Origin: Octopus sinensis
Taxonomy: Eukaryota
DNA length: 64,000 nt
NCBI RefSeq assembly: GCF_006345805.1
Contig: NC_043022.1
Coordinates: 5,704,001 to 5,768,000, forward strand
Direction of reading: 5' to 3'
Notes under the pieces: model-generated
Database searches by the model: none
What the model saw: the letters and a program-made list of their open reading frames with translations, nothing else
Told to the model about the DNA's origin: nothing
In this document: piece after piece, positions 1 to 12,257 of the stretch
How positions within the stretch are numbered: the stretch's first letter is position 1
Layout: every line of letters begins with the position of its first letter
Program-made: the position numbers and the translations under genes

Positions 1-18
1 TAATTGTTGACTAATGAA

Positions 19-322
19 GGCATGTGAGTTAGAGGTTATTTGGCTCATGTTTCTTGAGAACGAATTGTGTCCTTGAGCAAGACACTTTATTTCACTTTAT
101 TGCTCCAGTCCACTCAGCTGGCAAAAATGAGTTGTACCTGTAATTCGAAAGGGGCCAGCCTTGTCACATTCTGTGTGTCACACTGAATCTTCCTGAGAAC
201 TACATTAGGGGTACATTTGTCTGTGGAGTACTCAGCCACTTGCATGTTAATTTCACGAGCAGGCTGTTCTGGTGATCGAATCAACTGAAACCCTCATCAT
301 CATCATAACCAATGGAATGCCA
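19..322 (+). mobile_element. SINE, CORE-like body plus tail T1, degenerate head
   Basis: GTGTCCTTGAGCAAGACACTTTATTTC...GCTCCAGTCCACTCAGCTG body followed by the tail also found at 341-1096, 12280-12665 and 51060-51445. Confidence 0.75.
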
Positions 323-340
323 GGTTTTTTGTGAAGGTAG

Positions 341-1096
341 ATGGCTTTGTGGTTAAGGATCATGATCAAAAGGTTGTGAGTTCAATACCCAGCAGCACAT
401 TGTGGCCTTGAGCAAGACACTTTATTTCGCATTACTCCAGCCCCCTCACCTGGCAAAAACAAGTAGTACCAGTAATTCAAAAGGGTCCAGCCTTGTCACA
501 TTCGGTGTCACACTGAATCTTCCTGAGATCTACATTAAGGGTACACATGTAGATTTAGGCGCAGGAGGGGCTGTGTGGTAAGTAGCTTGCTAACCAACCA
601 CATGGTTCCGGGTTCAGTCCCACTGCGTGGCATCTTGGGCAAGTGTCTTCTGCTATAGCCTCGGGCCGACCAATGCCTTGTGAGTGGATTTGGTAGATGG
701 AAACTGAAAGAAGCCTGTCGTATATATGTATATATATATGTGTGTGTGTATGTGTTTGTGTGTCTGTGTTTGTCCCCCTAGCATTGCTTGACAACCGATG
801 CTGGTGTGTTTATCTTCCCCGTAAATTAGCGGTTCAGCAAAAAGAGACCGATAGAATAAGTACTGGGCTTACAAAGAATGAGTCCCGGGGTCGATTTGCT
901 CGACTAAAGGCGGTGCTCCAGCATGGCCACAGTCAAATGACTGAAACAAGTAAAAGAGAAAAAGAGAAAAGAGTATGTCTGTGGAGTCCTCAGCCACTTA
1001 CACATTAATTTCACAAGCAGGCTGACCCATTGATTGGATCAACTGGGACCCTCATCATTATCATCATCATCATCATCATCATAACCACTGGAGTGC
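341..1096 (+). mobile_element. SINE (CORE-like body plus tail T1) interrupted by a SINE-A insertion
   Basis: Degenerate A/B boxes (TGGCTTTGTGG, GAGTTCAATACC). The tail sequence stops at 557 and resumes at about 974 (TATGTCTGTGGAG...), either side of SINE-A. Confidence 0.75.
558..973 (+). mobile_element. SINE-A, full length tRNA-derived SINE with internal (TA)/(TG) microsatellite
   Basis: GGCGCAGGAG head, A-box-like GGCTGTGTGG, B-box-like GGTTCAGTCCC, central microsatellite, CAGTC-AAAT-GACTG hairpin and AAAAGAG-type tail. More than 15 related copies occur in the window. Confidence 0.9.
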
Positions 1097-1125
1097 AAAC
1101 ATGGATGTGTTTTTATGTTTGGTGT

Positions 1126-1354
1126 TTAACCCTTTAGTGTTTAAACCAGCCATATCCGGCCCAATATATTCTACATATTTTATATTCAAACTGGCCATAT
1201 CTAGCCTCTCACACCTAACCTACAATGCCATTCTAAAAATAAACAATCACATCATTGAAACCTCAAAGCTATAAGATAATGCATGATTAATTCAAAACAA
1301 TTTGAGTGGAAAAGTATTACATTTAACAGAGTAATCTGAACACTAAAGGGTTAA
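1126..1354. mobile_element. piggyBac-type MITE
   Basis: TTAA on both sides (1126-1129, 1351-1354) and 12-bp TIR CCCTTTAGTGTT/AACACTAAAGGG. Related copies lie at 16361-17518. Confidence 0.85.
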
Positions 1355-1378
1355 ACTCAATGCATTCATCTGTTACTG

Positions 1379-1416
<38 letters not shown>

Positions 1417-1543
1417 TTACGTTTATGTGTGGGGGCTTATTTGCATGTGCAGGTGTGAGTAGTTGCTAATGCGTATGAATATACGCTTACTCTGTGTATG
1501 TATGTTTATTATTAGGTGTTCATGTTGTGTATATGTGTATTTA

Positions 1544-1577
<34 letters not shown>

Positions 1578-1675
1578 TGCACAGCCTTGTATGACTGACC
1601 ATGTTTACATGTCTATATACTTCAGAACATTTTTGCGGACATGCAATTATATTTATGTTTACATCATGTTTTCAT

Positions 1676-1679
1676 GTGT

Positions 1680-1711
<32 letters not shown>

Positions 1712-1794
1712 TGTGTGTGTGTGTGTGAGTGTGTGTGTGTGTGTGTGAGTGTGTGTGTGTGTGTGAGTGTGTGTGTGTGTGAGTGTGTGTGTGT

Positions 1795-1825
<31 letters not shown>

Positions 1826-1838
1826 AGTGTGTGTGTGT

Positions 1839-1878
<40 letters not shown>

Positions 1879-1890
1879 TGTGCGCGCGCG
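1676..1890. repeat. (TG)n/(TGAG) microsatellite
   Basis: Directly visible. It explains the CV-repeat ORFs. Confidence 0.95.
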
Positions 1891-2375
1891 CGCGTGTATT
1901 CTTATGTGCGTGTGTGTCAGTGTGTATTTGTGTGTAAGTAATTATATATATGTGTGTATGTGCGTGTATGCATGTGTAACAACGAGTATATATGTTTGAC
2001 TAAATCTAATTATCAACGTCTCTTATCTATATGTAATTTCCCTCAGAACATGAATATACAGTGTGAGTGTGTGTGTGTGTGTCTGTCTGTCTGTCAGTGA
2101 GTGGTATATGTGAGATTGTATGCTTCACATAGATATACCTGTCTATAGGAACATTAATATTATTAAATAAATACAGACATTTGCTATATGTAAGCCATAG
2201 AGTATAGATAGATAGATGAATAGATAGATAGATAGATAGATAGATAGGTATGTAGATAGATAGATAGATAGGTATGTAGACAGACAGACAGACAGACGGG
2301 AGAGGATATGTGGAGTTTTCATGAAGATGACTCAAGCTAATAGGTATGCATTCTGAGTGCTGAAATAGGTGTGCC

Positions 2376-2725
2376 ACCAAAATACAGGAAGGGCATCCAG
2401 CTGTAGAAACTCTGCCGGACCAGACTGGAGCCTGGTGCAACCTCCTGGCTTGCCAGTCCTCAGTCAAACCATCCAACCCATGGAAAACAGACGTTAATCA
2501 ATGATGATGATGATGATATGTGCATGTGTGTGTGTGTGTGTGTGTGTGTCTTCATTATCATCATCCTCTAACATCCGTTTTCCATGCTGGCATGGGTTGG
2601 ATGGTACAACTGGAGCTGGAAAGCCAGAGAGCTGCACCAGGCTCCAGTCATTTGCTATGGATTGGTTTCTACAGCTGGAAGCTCTTCCTAACACCAACCA
2701 ATTTACAGTGTGTGCTGGGCTCTTT
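2376..2725. mobile_element. Two RTE-type 3' end fragments in tail-to-tail orientation
   Basis: GGAAGGGCATCCAGC...CCAACCCATG...(GAT)n on + (2376-2518) and its reverse complement (about 2551-2725), separated by (TG)n. Confidence 0.7.
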
Positions 2726-3117
2726 AAATGTGGCACCTAAACATATATATACATATATATATATATATATGTTGTTGTGTCTGGGGAGAGTCATTCTCTT
2801 TTAATGCCTTATTATTTAACACACTCACGGGTAAAGTTTCCACTCATTTACTTATTTATTTGCAACAGGGACTGAAGGTGCTATTCAGCACCAGTATTGT
2901 TAGAAATAAGAGTCAAAACATCTCATAACCACAATAAAACACTGCCTTGTATACTGACATGGGAGACATTATTGTGGCTGTGAGTTGTTTTGACTCCTAT
3001 TTCTAGCAATACTGGTGCTAAAAAGTGCCCTCAGTTGCTTTAGTGACATATATATTTTGCCTTTCAGTTGAAAAATTGCTAACAAGCCACCCTTACTATA
3101 TATATATATATATATAT

Positions 3118-3460
3118 CTTTCTCTTTCTCTTTTACTTGTTTCAGTCATTTGACTGCGGCCATGCTGGAGCACCGCCTTTAGTCGAGCAAATCGACCCCA
3201 GGACTTATTCTTTGTAAGCCCAGTACTTATTCTATCGGTCTCTTTTGCCGAACCGCTAAGTGACGGGGACGTAAACACACCAGCATCGGTTGTCAAGCAA
3301 TGCTAGGGGGACAAACACAGACACACAAACATATACACACACATACATATATATATATACATATATATGACAGGCTTCTTTCAGTTTCCGTCTACCAAAT
3401 CCACTCACAAGGCATTGGTCGGCCCGGGGCTATAGCAGAAGACACTTGCCCAAGATGCCA

Positions 3461-3464
<4 letters not shown>
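3118..3464 (-). mobile_element. SINE-A, 5' truncated
   Basis: Matches the reverse complement of 558-973 and lacks the head. Confidence 0.9.
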
Positions 3465-3505
<41 letters not shown>

Positions 3506-3599
3506 AGTGTTGTAGTTTTCTTGAAGCATTGTAATATCAAAGAAGATAAAAAGAGAGAAAACAGAAAAGGTTCTGAGAATGTGGGGAGTTACACAAAAC

Positions 3600-3637
3600 C
3601 TTTTCTATTTCAGGCACAAAGGCCCATCCTCAGAAGG
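3600..3637 (-). ncRNA. Minimal type I hammerhead-like motif with mutated cleavage triplet
   Basis: CCTT-CTGAGGA-T-GGGC-CTTTGT-GCCT-GAAA-TAG-A-AAAG; U16.1 is replaced by G. Confidence 0.5.
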
Positions 3638-3714
3638 AAAGCAGTCTGAGAAATGTCCAGTTATTTGAATGGGTTAATGGAACTGGTATAACTGGACATT
3701 TACCAGACTGTTTT

Positions 3715-3752
3715 CCTTCTGAAGATGGGCCTTTCTGCCTGAAATATAAAAG
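3715..3752 (+). ncRNA. Minimal type I hammerhead-like motif
   Basis: CCTT-CTGAAGA-T-GGGC-CTTTCT-GCCT-GAAA-TAT-A-AAAG: intact core, 4-bp stem II, palindromic ATAT stem III, AUA triplet, one stem I mismatch. Confidence 0.6.
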
Positions 3753-3828
3753 GTTTTGTGTAACTCCCCACATTCTCAGAACCTTTTCTGTTTTCTCTCT
3801 TTTTATCTTCTTATATATCTATAAATGT

Positions 3829-3870
<42 letters not shown>

Positions 3871-3872
<2 letters not shown>

Positions 3873-4048
3873 GGAAAGTTTACGAAAATAAACAAGAGAC
3901 GAAGACAGGTGGTGTACAAAACAAACAGATGTATTAGTATAGCGCTCAGGAATAGAAAAAGTCTTTTACATTTCGAGCCTACGCTCTTCTACAGGAAGGG
4001 ACACAGAAAAAACAAGGAGAGAAAAAAATGTGTGTAGTGGCTAACGAT
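3871..4048 (-). mobile_element. Short Penelope-like terminal-repeat remnant with hammerhead-like motif at 3963-3998
   Basis: Minus strand reads CTTC-CTGTAGA-A-GAGC-GTAG-GCTC-GAAA-TGT-A-AAAG, then TCCTGAGCG. This layout parallels the element at 23821-24414. The core has an A6U change. Confidence 0.55.
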
Positions 4049-4279
4049 ACGTCCTAACAATGTGGCTAAGATCACCTGGAAATACTGATGAAAGTAAATT
4101 TGCGAACTTTATTATTCCAAACGAACTCTAAGAGTCTGATATACAAAAATGAAGGAAAAAAATCTCTTAAAAAAATTAAATTAGAACAGTTTAAAATTTG
4201 TTTCAAATAATATGGATGGAAACCAAGGATGAGGAGGACATGTGAAGACACGTGTGCATGCTTGTATGTTTATATAATA

Positions 4280-4666
4280 CTAGCAGTATCGCCCGGCGTT
4301 GCTCAGGTTTGTAAGGGAAATAACTATAAAGCATTTTTAGAGAGTTATAGCCAAAAAATAGCAAAAAAATGGAAAAAAAATTATGGTAAATTTTTTTTGA
4401 GAGTTAAAAAGGTGGAGTTGCGTCCCCTAGACGGTCTGTGGTTTGGGTTTCTGATTCTCGACCCCATGTCGAATTTATCGATTTTTTTCAGAACTGGGGG
4501 AACTTTTCAAAATTTTCACTGTGTTAGTTTTGAATTATGACATTGGGCTATGTGTGTGTCAAGTTTCATCAGAATCGGTTGAAAGCCGTGGTCAGGGTGA
4601 GGGTACAACCTAACAGACACACAGAAACACACACAGACAAACTGCCGTTTATATAGAGAGAGAAGA
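4280..4666 (-). mobile_element. Non-autonomous Helitron
   Basis: Minus strand starts TC and ends CTAG, sits in an A|T target with no TSD, and has a GC hairpin 8 nt from the 3' end. It is near-identical to 23892-24276. Confidence 0.8.
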
Positions 4667-4858
4667 TGATGTTAGGTCTGCTTTTCATGCTAGCATGTGT
4701 TGGACATGTATTCACGGTGTGAGTCAAACTTTATTCAGAGATACTGCCTTCCTAGTTATGGTTAGGAGGAGTTATAATTTTCTCATCAGTTCCATTTTTG
4801 TCAGGGGCTTCTGGGGCTGGATGCTCTTCCTAAAAAATCAACCATTTTCCAGTGTAAA

Positions 4859-5165
4859 TGGTAAAAAAAAAAAAAGATCCCCTTTGGTTACAAGTGACCA
4901 TGGGATTGCACCTAGAAAGTTACACTCCGAGGCTCAAGTCCAGGCAAGGTTGTTTAGGGAAGACCAGCAGTCACCCATGCATACCAGCCTCCCCTCCTTT
5001 CCATGCCACGATGTTATCCAAGAGAAGGGCAAAGGGGCCAATACAGCTTGGCACCGGTAACATCGCAACTCATTTCTACAGCTGAGTGAACTGGAGCAAT
5101 GTGAAATAAAGCGTTTTGCTCAAGAACACAACACACAGGTTGGTCCAGGAATTGAACTCACTACC
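4859..5165 (-). mobile_element. SINE, CORE-like body plus tail T3
   Basis: B-box-like GAGTTCAATTCC, then TGTTCTTGAGCAAAAC...GCTCCAGTTCACTCAGCTG and a distinct tail. A second copy lies at 18362-18665. Confidence 0.75.
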
Positions 5166-5859
5166 ACATACACATATACACACATACACATAAATGTATG
5201 CATAAATATTGTGTGTGTGTTTGAGTGTGTGTGTGTAGGTGTTGTGCACATACACACACACATAAACGTATGCATACATAGACAACCACACACACACATA
5301 TATATACACACACACACAGAGTCAACTCTGTAAAGTAGTTGCTGTCAGGAAGGGCATCCAGCCGTGAAAAGTATACCAAAGTAGATAGTGGAACTTAATG
5401 CGGTCCTCCGGCATATCAGCCCCTGTCAAACTGTCCAACAGACACCAGCATGGAAGACAAATGTTCAGTGATGATGATGATGATGATGATACATTAAATA
5501 CGTGTTCTTTTACATACATATATAAACATATACACATACATACACACACACGCACGCATATATATGATAGGAAGAAGCACAAAGAATGAAGATGCATTAA
5601 CTGAACGATTTAGTTAGCCAGATTCTATTTCCACAGAGTGCTTAACAAGGTATTCGTCTGAATCTACTAAACCTTTTATCTTCCTCTTTCTCTTTCTTTC
5701 TTTACACACACACACACACACACACACACAAATATACATACATATTACATATATACATACACATATATAAACATACATAAAGGCATACATACATGCACAG
5801 ACAGACAAGCACATATACAGAAGTATACAAGCTATATCTTCAGAGCAACATAGTATGTA

Positions 5860-5876
5860 CATGTGTGTGTGTGTGT

Positions 5877-5913
<37 letters not shown>

Positions 5914-6138
5914 TGTGAGTGAGTGTGTGTGTGAGTGCGTGTGTGTGTGTGTGTGAGTGAGTGTGTGTGTGAGTGAGTGAGTGTGTGTGTGTGAGTGAGT
6001 GTGTGTGTGAGTGAGTGAGTGTGTGTGTGTGTGAGTGTGAGTGAGTGTGTGTGTGTGAGTGCGTGTGTGTGTGAGTGAGTGTGTGTGTGAGTGAGTGTGT
6101 GTGTGTGTGAGTGAGTTTGTGTGTGTGAGTGTGAGTGA

Positions 6139-6180
<42 letters not shown>

Positions 6181-6200
6181 TGTGTGTGAGTGAGTGTGTG
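5860..6200. repeat. (TG)n/(TGAG)n compound microsatellite
   Basis: Directly visible. It is the source of the HT-repeat ORFs. Confidence 0.95.
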
Positions 6201-6495
6201 TATAGGAGTTGTGCACATGTGTGTATGCATGTAGTATGCATAATAAAAGAAGATAATATATATGCACATTAAACAACATGTATGTATATATATATATATA
6301 TATACACATATATATCATACACATTCTAATCTATATAATTTCCTATCAGTTGGTCAATGAGTATATGTATGTTGTTAGGAGACAGAAGAATGGGCAGCGC
6401 CTATCACTGCTCTCCTCTGCCTATCAGATAATGGCTCAGTGGAGTAGAAAGCGTTGATAACTTCTCGCTCACCTCAGCTTTCCACTATCTTACAG

Positions 6496-6590
6496 AACTG
6501 CTCGACATTGCACCCACCCCACCTCTGTTCTTTCCTCGTTATCATCATCATCATCACCTTCATCATCATCATCAGCATAGTTATTATTAA
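6496..6590 (+). CDS. Candidate terminal exon, ELLDIAPTPPLFFPRYHHHHHLHHHHQHSYY*
   Basis: Pyrimidine-rich acceptor CTTTCCACTATCTTACAG, open in phase 1 to TAA. Strong minus-strand donor motifs also occur here, so the call is ambiguous. Confidence 0.2.
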
Positions 6591-6835
6591 TAACATTATT
6601 ATCATTACAAACATCGTTATTATTACAAATATCATTATCATAATTATGATTATTAGAATCATTAGCCTCGTTTATTATCAGAGTAATTTATAGATTTTTG
6701 TTTTCTTCTCCTACCATTCTCTGGTGTGGGTAGCTTTAATCTATGCCATCTTCCTTGGTGGATTTTTCAAAAAACAGATCTAATATCCAGGTACATCCAG
6801 ATACCGAAATATTTATGGCCAGTGCCATACGTAAG

Positions 6836-7192
6836 AGAACCATCTGAACGTGGCCATTGCCAGCGCCGCCCCGACTGGCCTCATGCTGGTGGCACGTAAA
6901 AAGCACCATCCGATCGTGGCCATTGCCAGTCCCGCCTGGCCCCCGTGCTGGTGGTACGTAAAAAGCACCATCTGATCGTGGCCATTGCCAGCTCCGCCTG
7001 GCCTCCATGCCGGTGGCACATAAAAAGCACCCACTACACTCATGGCGTGGTTGGCATTAGGAAGGGCATCCAGCCGTAGAAACATTGCCAGATCAGACTG
7101 GGCCTGGTGCAGCCTTCTGGCTTCCCAGACCCCAGTTGAACCGTCCAACCCATGCTAGCATGGAAAGCGGACGCTAAACGATGATGATGATG
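6836..7192 (+). mobile_element. RTE LINE 3' UTR fragment with GTGCNGGTGGCAC hairpin repeats and (GAT)n tail
   Basis: Same sequence follows RTE ORF2 at 33452-34104. Confidence 0.75.
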
Positions 7193-8203
7193 TTTATGTG
7201 TATACATGCATATAAACACACATATATACATCCACACAAACATACACAGACATACACACACGCATGTATCTACACACAAGCACACAAACATATATGGGAA
7301 GAGTGTTGCCCTCATCATCTAGTGATCAAGATTTCAATTCCTAGACCGGTTTGTGTGTTGAGGAAAACACTTCATTTTACGTTGCTCTGCAATCACTTTG
7401 ACACCTGATGGGTAGCACACCTTTCACCTGTTCAGGAAATGTCTATTTGATGGGGGGGGCGAGCTAATGTACGGCCCATACATTTGATCACTATAAACAA
7501 AATCATTTGGACAGGTCGTTTAGCAAGAAAGATCAGAACCCTCATCTGTTGTTTATGATACGAGAGCCTACCACACACACACAGAGTCACACACAGCCTC
7601 ACACACAGTCACACAGCCACACACACACACGCACACACATATATGTATATATACAGGTGCAGGCATGGCTGTGTGGTAAGAAGCTTGCTTCGCAACCACA
7701 TGGCCCCAGTTTCAGTCCCACTGCGTAGCACCTAGGGCAAGAATCATCTACTATAGCCTAGGGCTGACCAAAGCCTTGTGAGTGGATTTGGTAGACAGAA
7801 ACTGTAAGAAGCCTCTAAGTATATGTATGTAATATGTGACTGTGAGAAAGGGAGAGTGTGTATGTGTGCGTTTATGTCCTCTTGACTTCATGTCTTAACA
7901 GTAAACAGACGGCACCATTATATCTGTAGTGTCATTGTTTAAAATCTGCCATGAAAACATGCCCAGCCATTGAGCTGTTTACATTCAAGGGACTAGAGGT
8001 CCAACAGTATAACAGAATTAGATACCAGCAGCATAAAAGAACCATATACCAACAGTATAACGAATACATATATATATCATTACCATCATCATCATCATCA
8101 TTTAGTATCTGCCTTCTATGCTCGCATGGGTGGGATGGTTTTAAGTGACACCTGCACTGACAATGTCACCAAATATTTGCAATATATGTCTATATACACA
8201 TAA

Positions 8204-8435
8204 GGTGGCAAGCTGGCAGCATTGTTAGCATGCCAGGCGAAATGCCTAGCAGTATTTCATCTGCGGCTATGTTCTGAGTTCAAATTCCACCAAGGTCGAC
8301 TCTGCTTTTCATCCTTTCAGGGTCTATTAAATAAATACCAGTTATGCACTGGGATTGATGTAATCGACTTAATCCCTTTGTCTGTCCTTATTTGTTCCCT
8401 CTATGTTGAGCCCCCCACCCCTATGGGCAATAAAG

Positions 8436-8437
<2 letters not shown>
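8204..8437 (+). mobile_element. SINE-C (tRNA-derived)
   Basis: GGTGGCAAGCTGGCAG head, GAGTTCAAATTCC B box, GGTCGAC...TTTCATCCTTTC body and AATAAAGA tail. Confidence 0.8.
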
Positions 8438-8484
<47 letters not shown>

Positions 8485-8749
8485 CACATTGGTTTCAAAT
8501 TCAGACACAAGGCCAGCAATTTGGGGAATGGGTGTAAAATGATGACAGTGACCCCAGCAAGCAACTGGTACTTATTTTATCAATCCTGAAAGGATGACAG
8601 GCAAAGTTGGCCTTGGCAGTATTGAAGTCAGAACGCAAAATTGGAAGAAAAATACTGCTCAGCATTTTCCCCAGAATCGTAATGATTCTGCTAGCTCACC
8701 ATCTTCACAGAATTATATCTAAAACCATCATCATTATCATCACCATGAT

Positions 8750-9655
8750 TTAATGTCCATTATCCATGTGCTGGCATCGGCTGGACAGTTTGACCAGAGA
8801 TGTCAAGCTGCAAGGGAGCTGCACCAGACTCCAGTCTGCTTTGGAATGGTTTCTATGGCTGGCTGCCCTTCCTAACATGCCAACCACTCCAGGAGTGTGC
8901 TGGATGCTTTTATGTGGCACCTCATGGGCACTTTTACATGGCATTGCATGGGTGCTTTTGCGTGGCACCACATGGGTGCTTTCATGTAGCACTGCCACAT
9001 GTGATCTACACCAGCAGAAGGACCGATCTTAACATTTCTGCTGTGGAGTACAGGTTTTCTAGAGTACAGCAAAGCACCTGGCATCTTGGTCCTTTGCCAT
9101 CTTGCCTGAAAGCTTCAGCATCCTGAGGTCGTTCTTCAGTTCTTCATCCCATGCCTTCCTGGGTCTCCCACTTTCGCAGGTTTCATCCAATCTGACAGAT
9201 TGACACTTCTTTATGTTATAACAGTTTAAGAGAATTATAGAATTATATATACCACCACCATCATCATCATCATCGTCATCATCATCGTTTAACGTCCGTT
9301 TCCCGCGCTAGCACGGGTTGGACGGTTCAACCGGGGTCTGGGAAGCCAGGGCTGCTCCAGGCTCCAGTCTGATCTGGCAGAGTTTCTATGGCTGGATGCC
9401 CTTCCTAACGCCAACCACTCCGCGAGTGTAGTGGGTGCTTTTTACGTGCCACCTGCACAGGTGCCAGGGGGGGGGGTCCGGCATCGGTCACGATCGGTTG
9501 GAGCTTTTAACGTGCCAGCGGCACGGAAGCCAGCCAAGGCGGCGCTGGCAACGTTCGGATGGTCTTTTTATGTGCCACCGGCACAGGAGCCAGTCGGGGC
9601 GGCGCTGGCATCGGCCACGTTCGGATAGTGCTTTTTATGTGCCACTGGCACAGGC
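8750..9655 (-). mobile_element. Two RTE 3' UTR fragments (8750-9000, 9285-9655)
   Basis: Reverse complement of the GGAAGGGCATCCAG/(GAT)n end and of the hairpin repeats. Confidence 0.75.
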
Positions 9656-9974
9656 ATCACAACTACTATTTCCATTGATATTTATTTCAACGTTCACCAG
9701 TATAAAAGAATTATATACCAAGAATATAAGAGAATTATACATTAACAGTTGAAGAGAATTATAGAATTATATATACCAATAGTATAACAGAATACTATAC
9801 CAAGGGAATAAAGGGATTATAACAGCCAAGCTTAGCAATTAAGGAAATGAATAGCTAAGTAATTAATGTTATATTGGTTACGGAAAGACTGAACTCAGCA
9901 GGACTTCATAGAAACAAAAGTATTAGGTTTTAGATGAGAATGTTATACTGGTGCAACCGACTGCGAGAGCAGCC

Positions 9975-10040
9975 AACAGTGTCTGCCCAGGCGATTTACA
10001 GGAAGCAGGAGATCGTTTCTGTTACTTAAGAGATCTGTTG
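9975..10040 (+). pseudogene. Degenerate RTE reverse transcriptase fragment
   Basis: Frame reads NSVCPGDLQEAGDRFCYLRDLL, resembling the V(D/E)xF(C/R)YLG motif of the non-LTR RT C-terminal region. Confidence 0.35.
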
Positions 10041-10544
10041 ATTGCTATAAATATTATAAACAATTCTGCAATTCCCCCCCTTAACTCTTAGAAGTTTTTA
10101 AGGACCGATTCCTATCTCGGGTAGTTTCATGGTGGGAAGTAGATAGCAGATAAAACCAGCCCTGTTTAACAAAACCCGTGTCAGTCTATCTTACGTAGCA
10201 TTCCCAGATGATCTGCTGTCTATTTCAGGCAGCTCGTAAATTTTTAGGGGTACATAAAAGGGCTGTATGGTTAAGAAGTTGGTTTGGAAACTATTAATTA
10301 CAAGTTGGATACCACTGTACGAAAGCTTGGGCAAGTATCTTCTAGCAAGGTCTCAGATTGTCCTAAAACGTTAGGAGCAAAATTTAACAGATGGAAATTG
10401 TGAGGAAGCCCTTCAAATGAATTGTCCCTATTCTGGGGGTGACAGACTTAATCTGTGACCTAATCTAATGCCCCTATCAGGTCTGCGGATGCCTTTAGTG
10501 GAGTCTACTCTGTTACAAGTAACTTTTAAATGTGGTTTTTCTTT

Positions 10545-11135
10545 TAACATGGTAGGGTAGGATTTGAGGGGACAAATATGGCTGCTATTTTTAGTAAGTT
10601 AAACAATTATGTGGAGGCCTCCACACAGTTTCCTCCTACCAAATTTTACTTAATGGTGGGAGTAGTTCTAATCGTGGTAGTAGCTCGAATAATGGTGGTG
10701 GTGGTGGGGGGGGGGGTGTTTGTAGTTGTTAAACCACAGATCAGCCCGGATCAAGTAGAACTATGATCGATGACACTCCAGCTATGACCATCCCATCTAT
10801 TTCTGATAGACAAGGAACCCAGCACCACATTGCCTGATCTGTCCTTATTTTTTTGGAAGAGAATGAGGTGTGGTTTGTAGGAGATTTGGCTGCTATTTCT
10901 AATATATAGAATAACCACTCAGAAGCTCTCTCATTGACACAAATGATAAATGATGGCGGTCACTAGTATTGCTGATGCTGTGGTTTAGCCCTTGGTCAGT
11001 TCCTAATGAGTAAACCTTTGATCAAAAGCATTCCAGTTATGACCATCCCGTCGTTTTCCCTAGGCACAATGCATAGTGAAGCCAAAACAACTTGCTGCTA
11101 TTTCTAGCAGGTCAAGATACACATCCCCAATCAAG
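10545..11135 (-). mobile_element. Fragments of an unclassified retroposon 3' end with (AAC)n tail
   Basis: Recurrent GGCTGCTATTT and ...TGATC...CCAG(C/T)TATGACCATCCC motifs. A forward copy ending in AAC repeats lies at 53015-53260. Confidence 0.5.
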
Positions 11136-11360
11136 CTGACCAATTGGCCAAAGGCCCCTTTCAGCCACACCCCACCTTAACCACCTTTCTCGGACGGACA
11201 AATGTAGCACCATTATCCAGTGTGTCCCTCAGATTTCTGAATGGAGTGCGATTTGAGGCAGACTGGACTGCTATTTCTTGCAGACGAGTGCAGGTAACTG
11301 AGAGGGGGATCCCAGTAAATGTAGAAGCTGTTGGAAGTGGGATGACAGTATATGTTGTGG

Positions 11361-11560
11361 TCACTAGTAGTAGTAGTGGTGGGGTGTGACGACAGCAGCG
11401 GTGACGTGGTGGGGTGGTGATGGTGGTCGTAGTAATAGTAGTAGTGGTGGCAGTGGTGGTCATGGTGGTGGTGACGGCGGTAGTAGTAATAGCAGTAGTG
11501 GTGGTGGTGGCAGTAGTAGTAGTGGTGGTGGCAGTGGGGGTGTGGTGGCGGCGGTAGTGC

Positions 11561-11603
<43 letters not shown>

Positions 11604-11775
11604 TGTGGTGGTGGTGGCGGCAGTAGTAGTGCCGGTGGTGCTGCTGGTAGTGGTGGTAACGGTGGTGGCGGCGGCGGCAATAGTTATAGTAGTAGTGGCA
11701 GTGGTGGTGTGTTGACGGTGGTGGCAGCAATAGTAGTAGTAGTAGTAGTAGTAAAAGTTGTGGCTATGTGGTAGT
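11361..11775. repeat. (GGT)/(AGT) triplet low-complexity tract
   Basis: Directly visible. Confidence 0.9.
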
Positions 11776-12257
11776 AGTTGCCGTGGAGACTGCATTGTCA
11801 GGTGAAGGCTAGAGTGGTAGCCATGGAGAGAGTGACTTAAATGACAATGTCAATAGCTGTAATACTAAACCACACACACGAGATTCTGGAAGTTTCCACA
11901 CAAAAACAGAAACAAAATGCACATCTCTGTATCCTTCGCTCGGGTTTTATTTAATTATTCTTCACTTTTTGTTGTTTGTTGGTTTGTTTTGCTTTCGGTT
12001 GCTTTTTGCTTCTTTGGTTTTTTAAATATTTTTGTAAGAAAATATCTCTACTTACGAAATATTGCTGTAAACACATCGCAGACATATGTGGATTGAAGTA
12101 GCAAAGAGCTTCTCCCCACCACACACACACACACGCAGAGCTGGAATCACCAAAGAAGCCGTCACACACACACATACACATGCGCACACGTAGAGCGGTA
12201 TTATGTTGAACACAAGTACAAGGAAGTCTTTGAGAAGCTCTCTCCTTTAACCATCCA

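Larger units (their letters stand above)
3540..3812. repeat. 273-bp fold-back: inverted pair of hammerhead-bearing, Penelope-like terminal repeats
   Basis: Arms 3540-3664 and 3688-3812 are near-perfect reverse complements, and each contains a CTGA(A/G)GA...GAAA motif. Confidence 0.8.

Noticed and set aside
4078-4118. CTGATGA followed by a hairpin
   Set aside because: GAAC instead of GAAA and no pairable U-H site. The other CTGANGA hits (16128, 20564, 30256, 34156, 57355) lack the downstream core.
6500-6535. Minus-strand WGGCN resembling the Wnt WGGCSD motif
   Set aside because: Spacing does not match, and there is no plausible acceptor or other Wnt exons.
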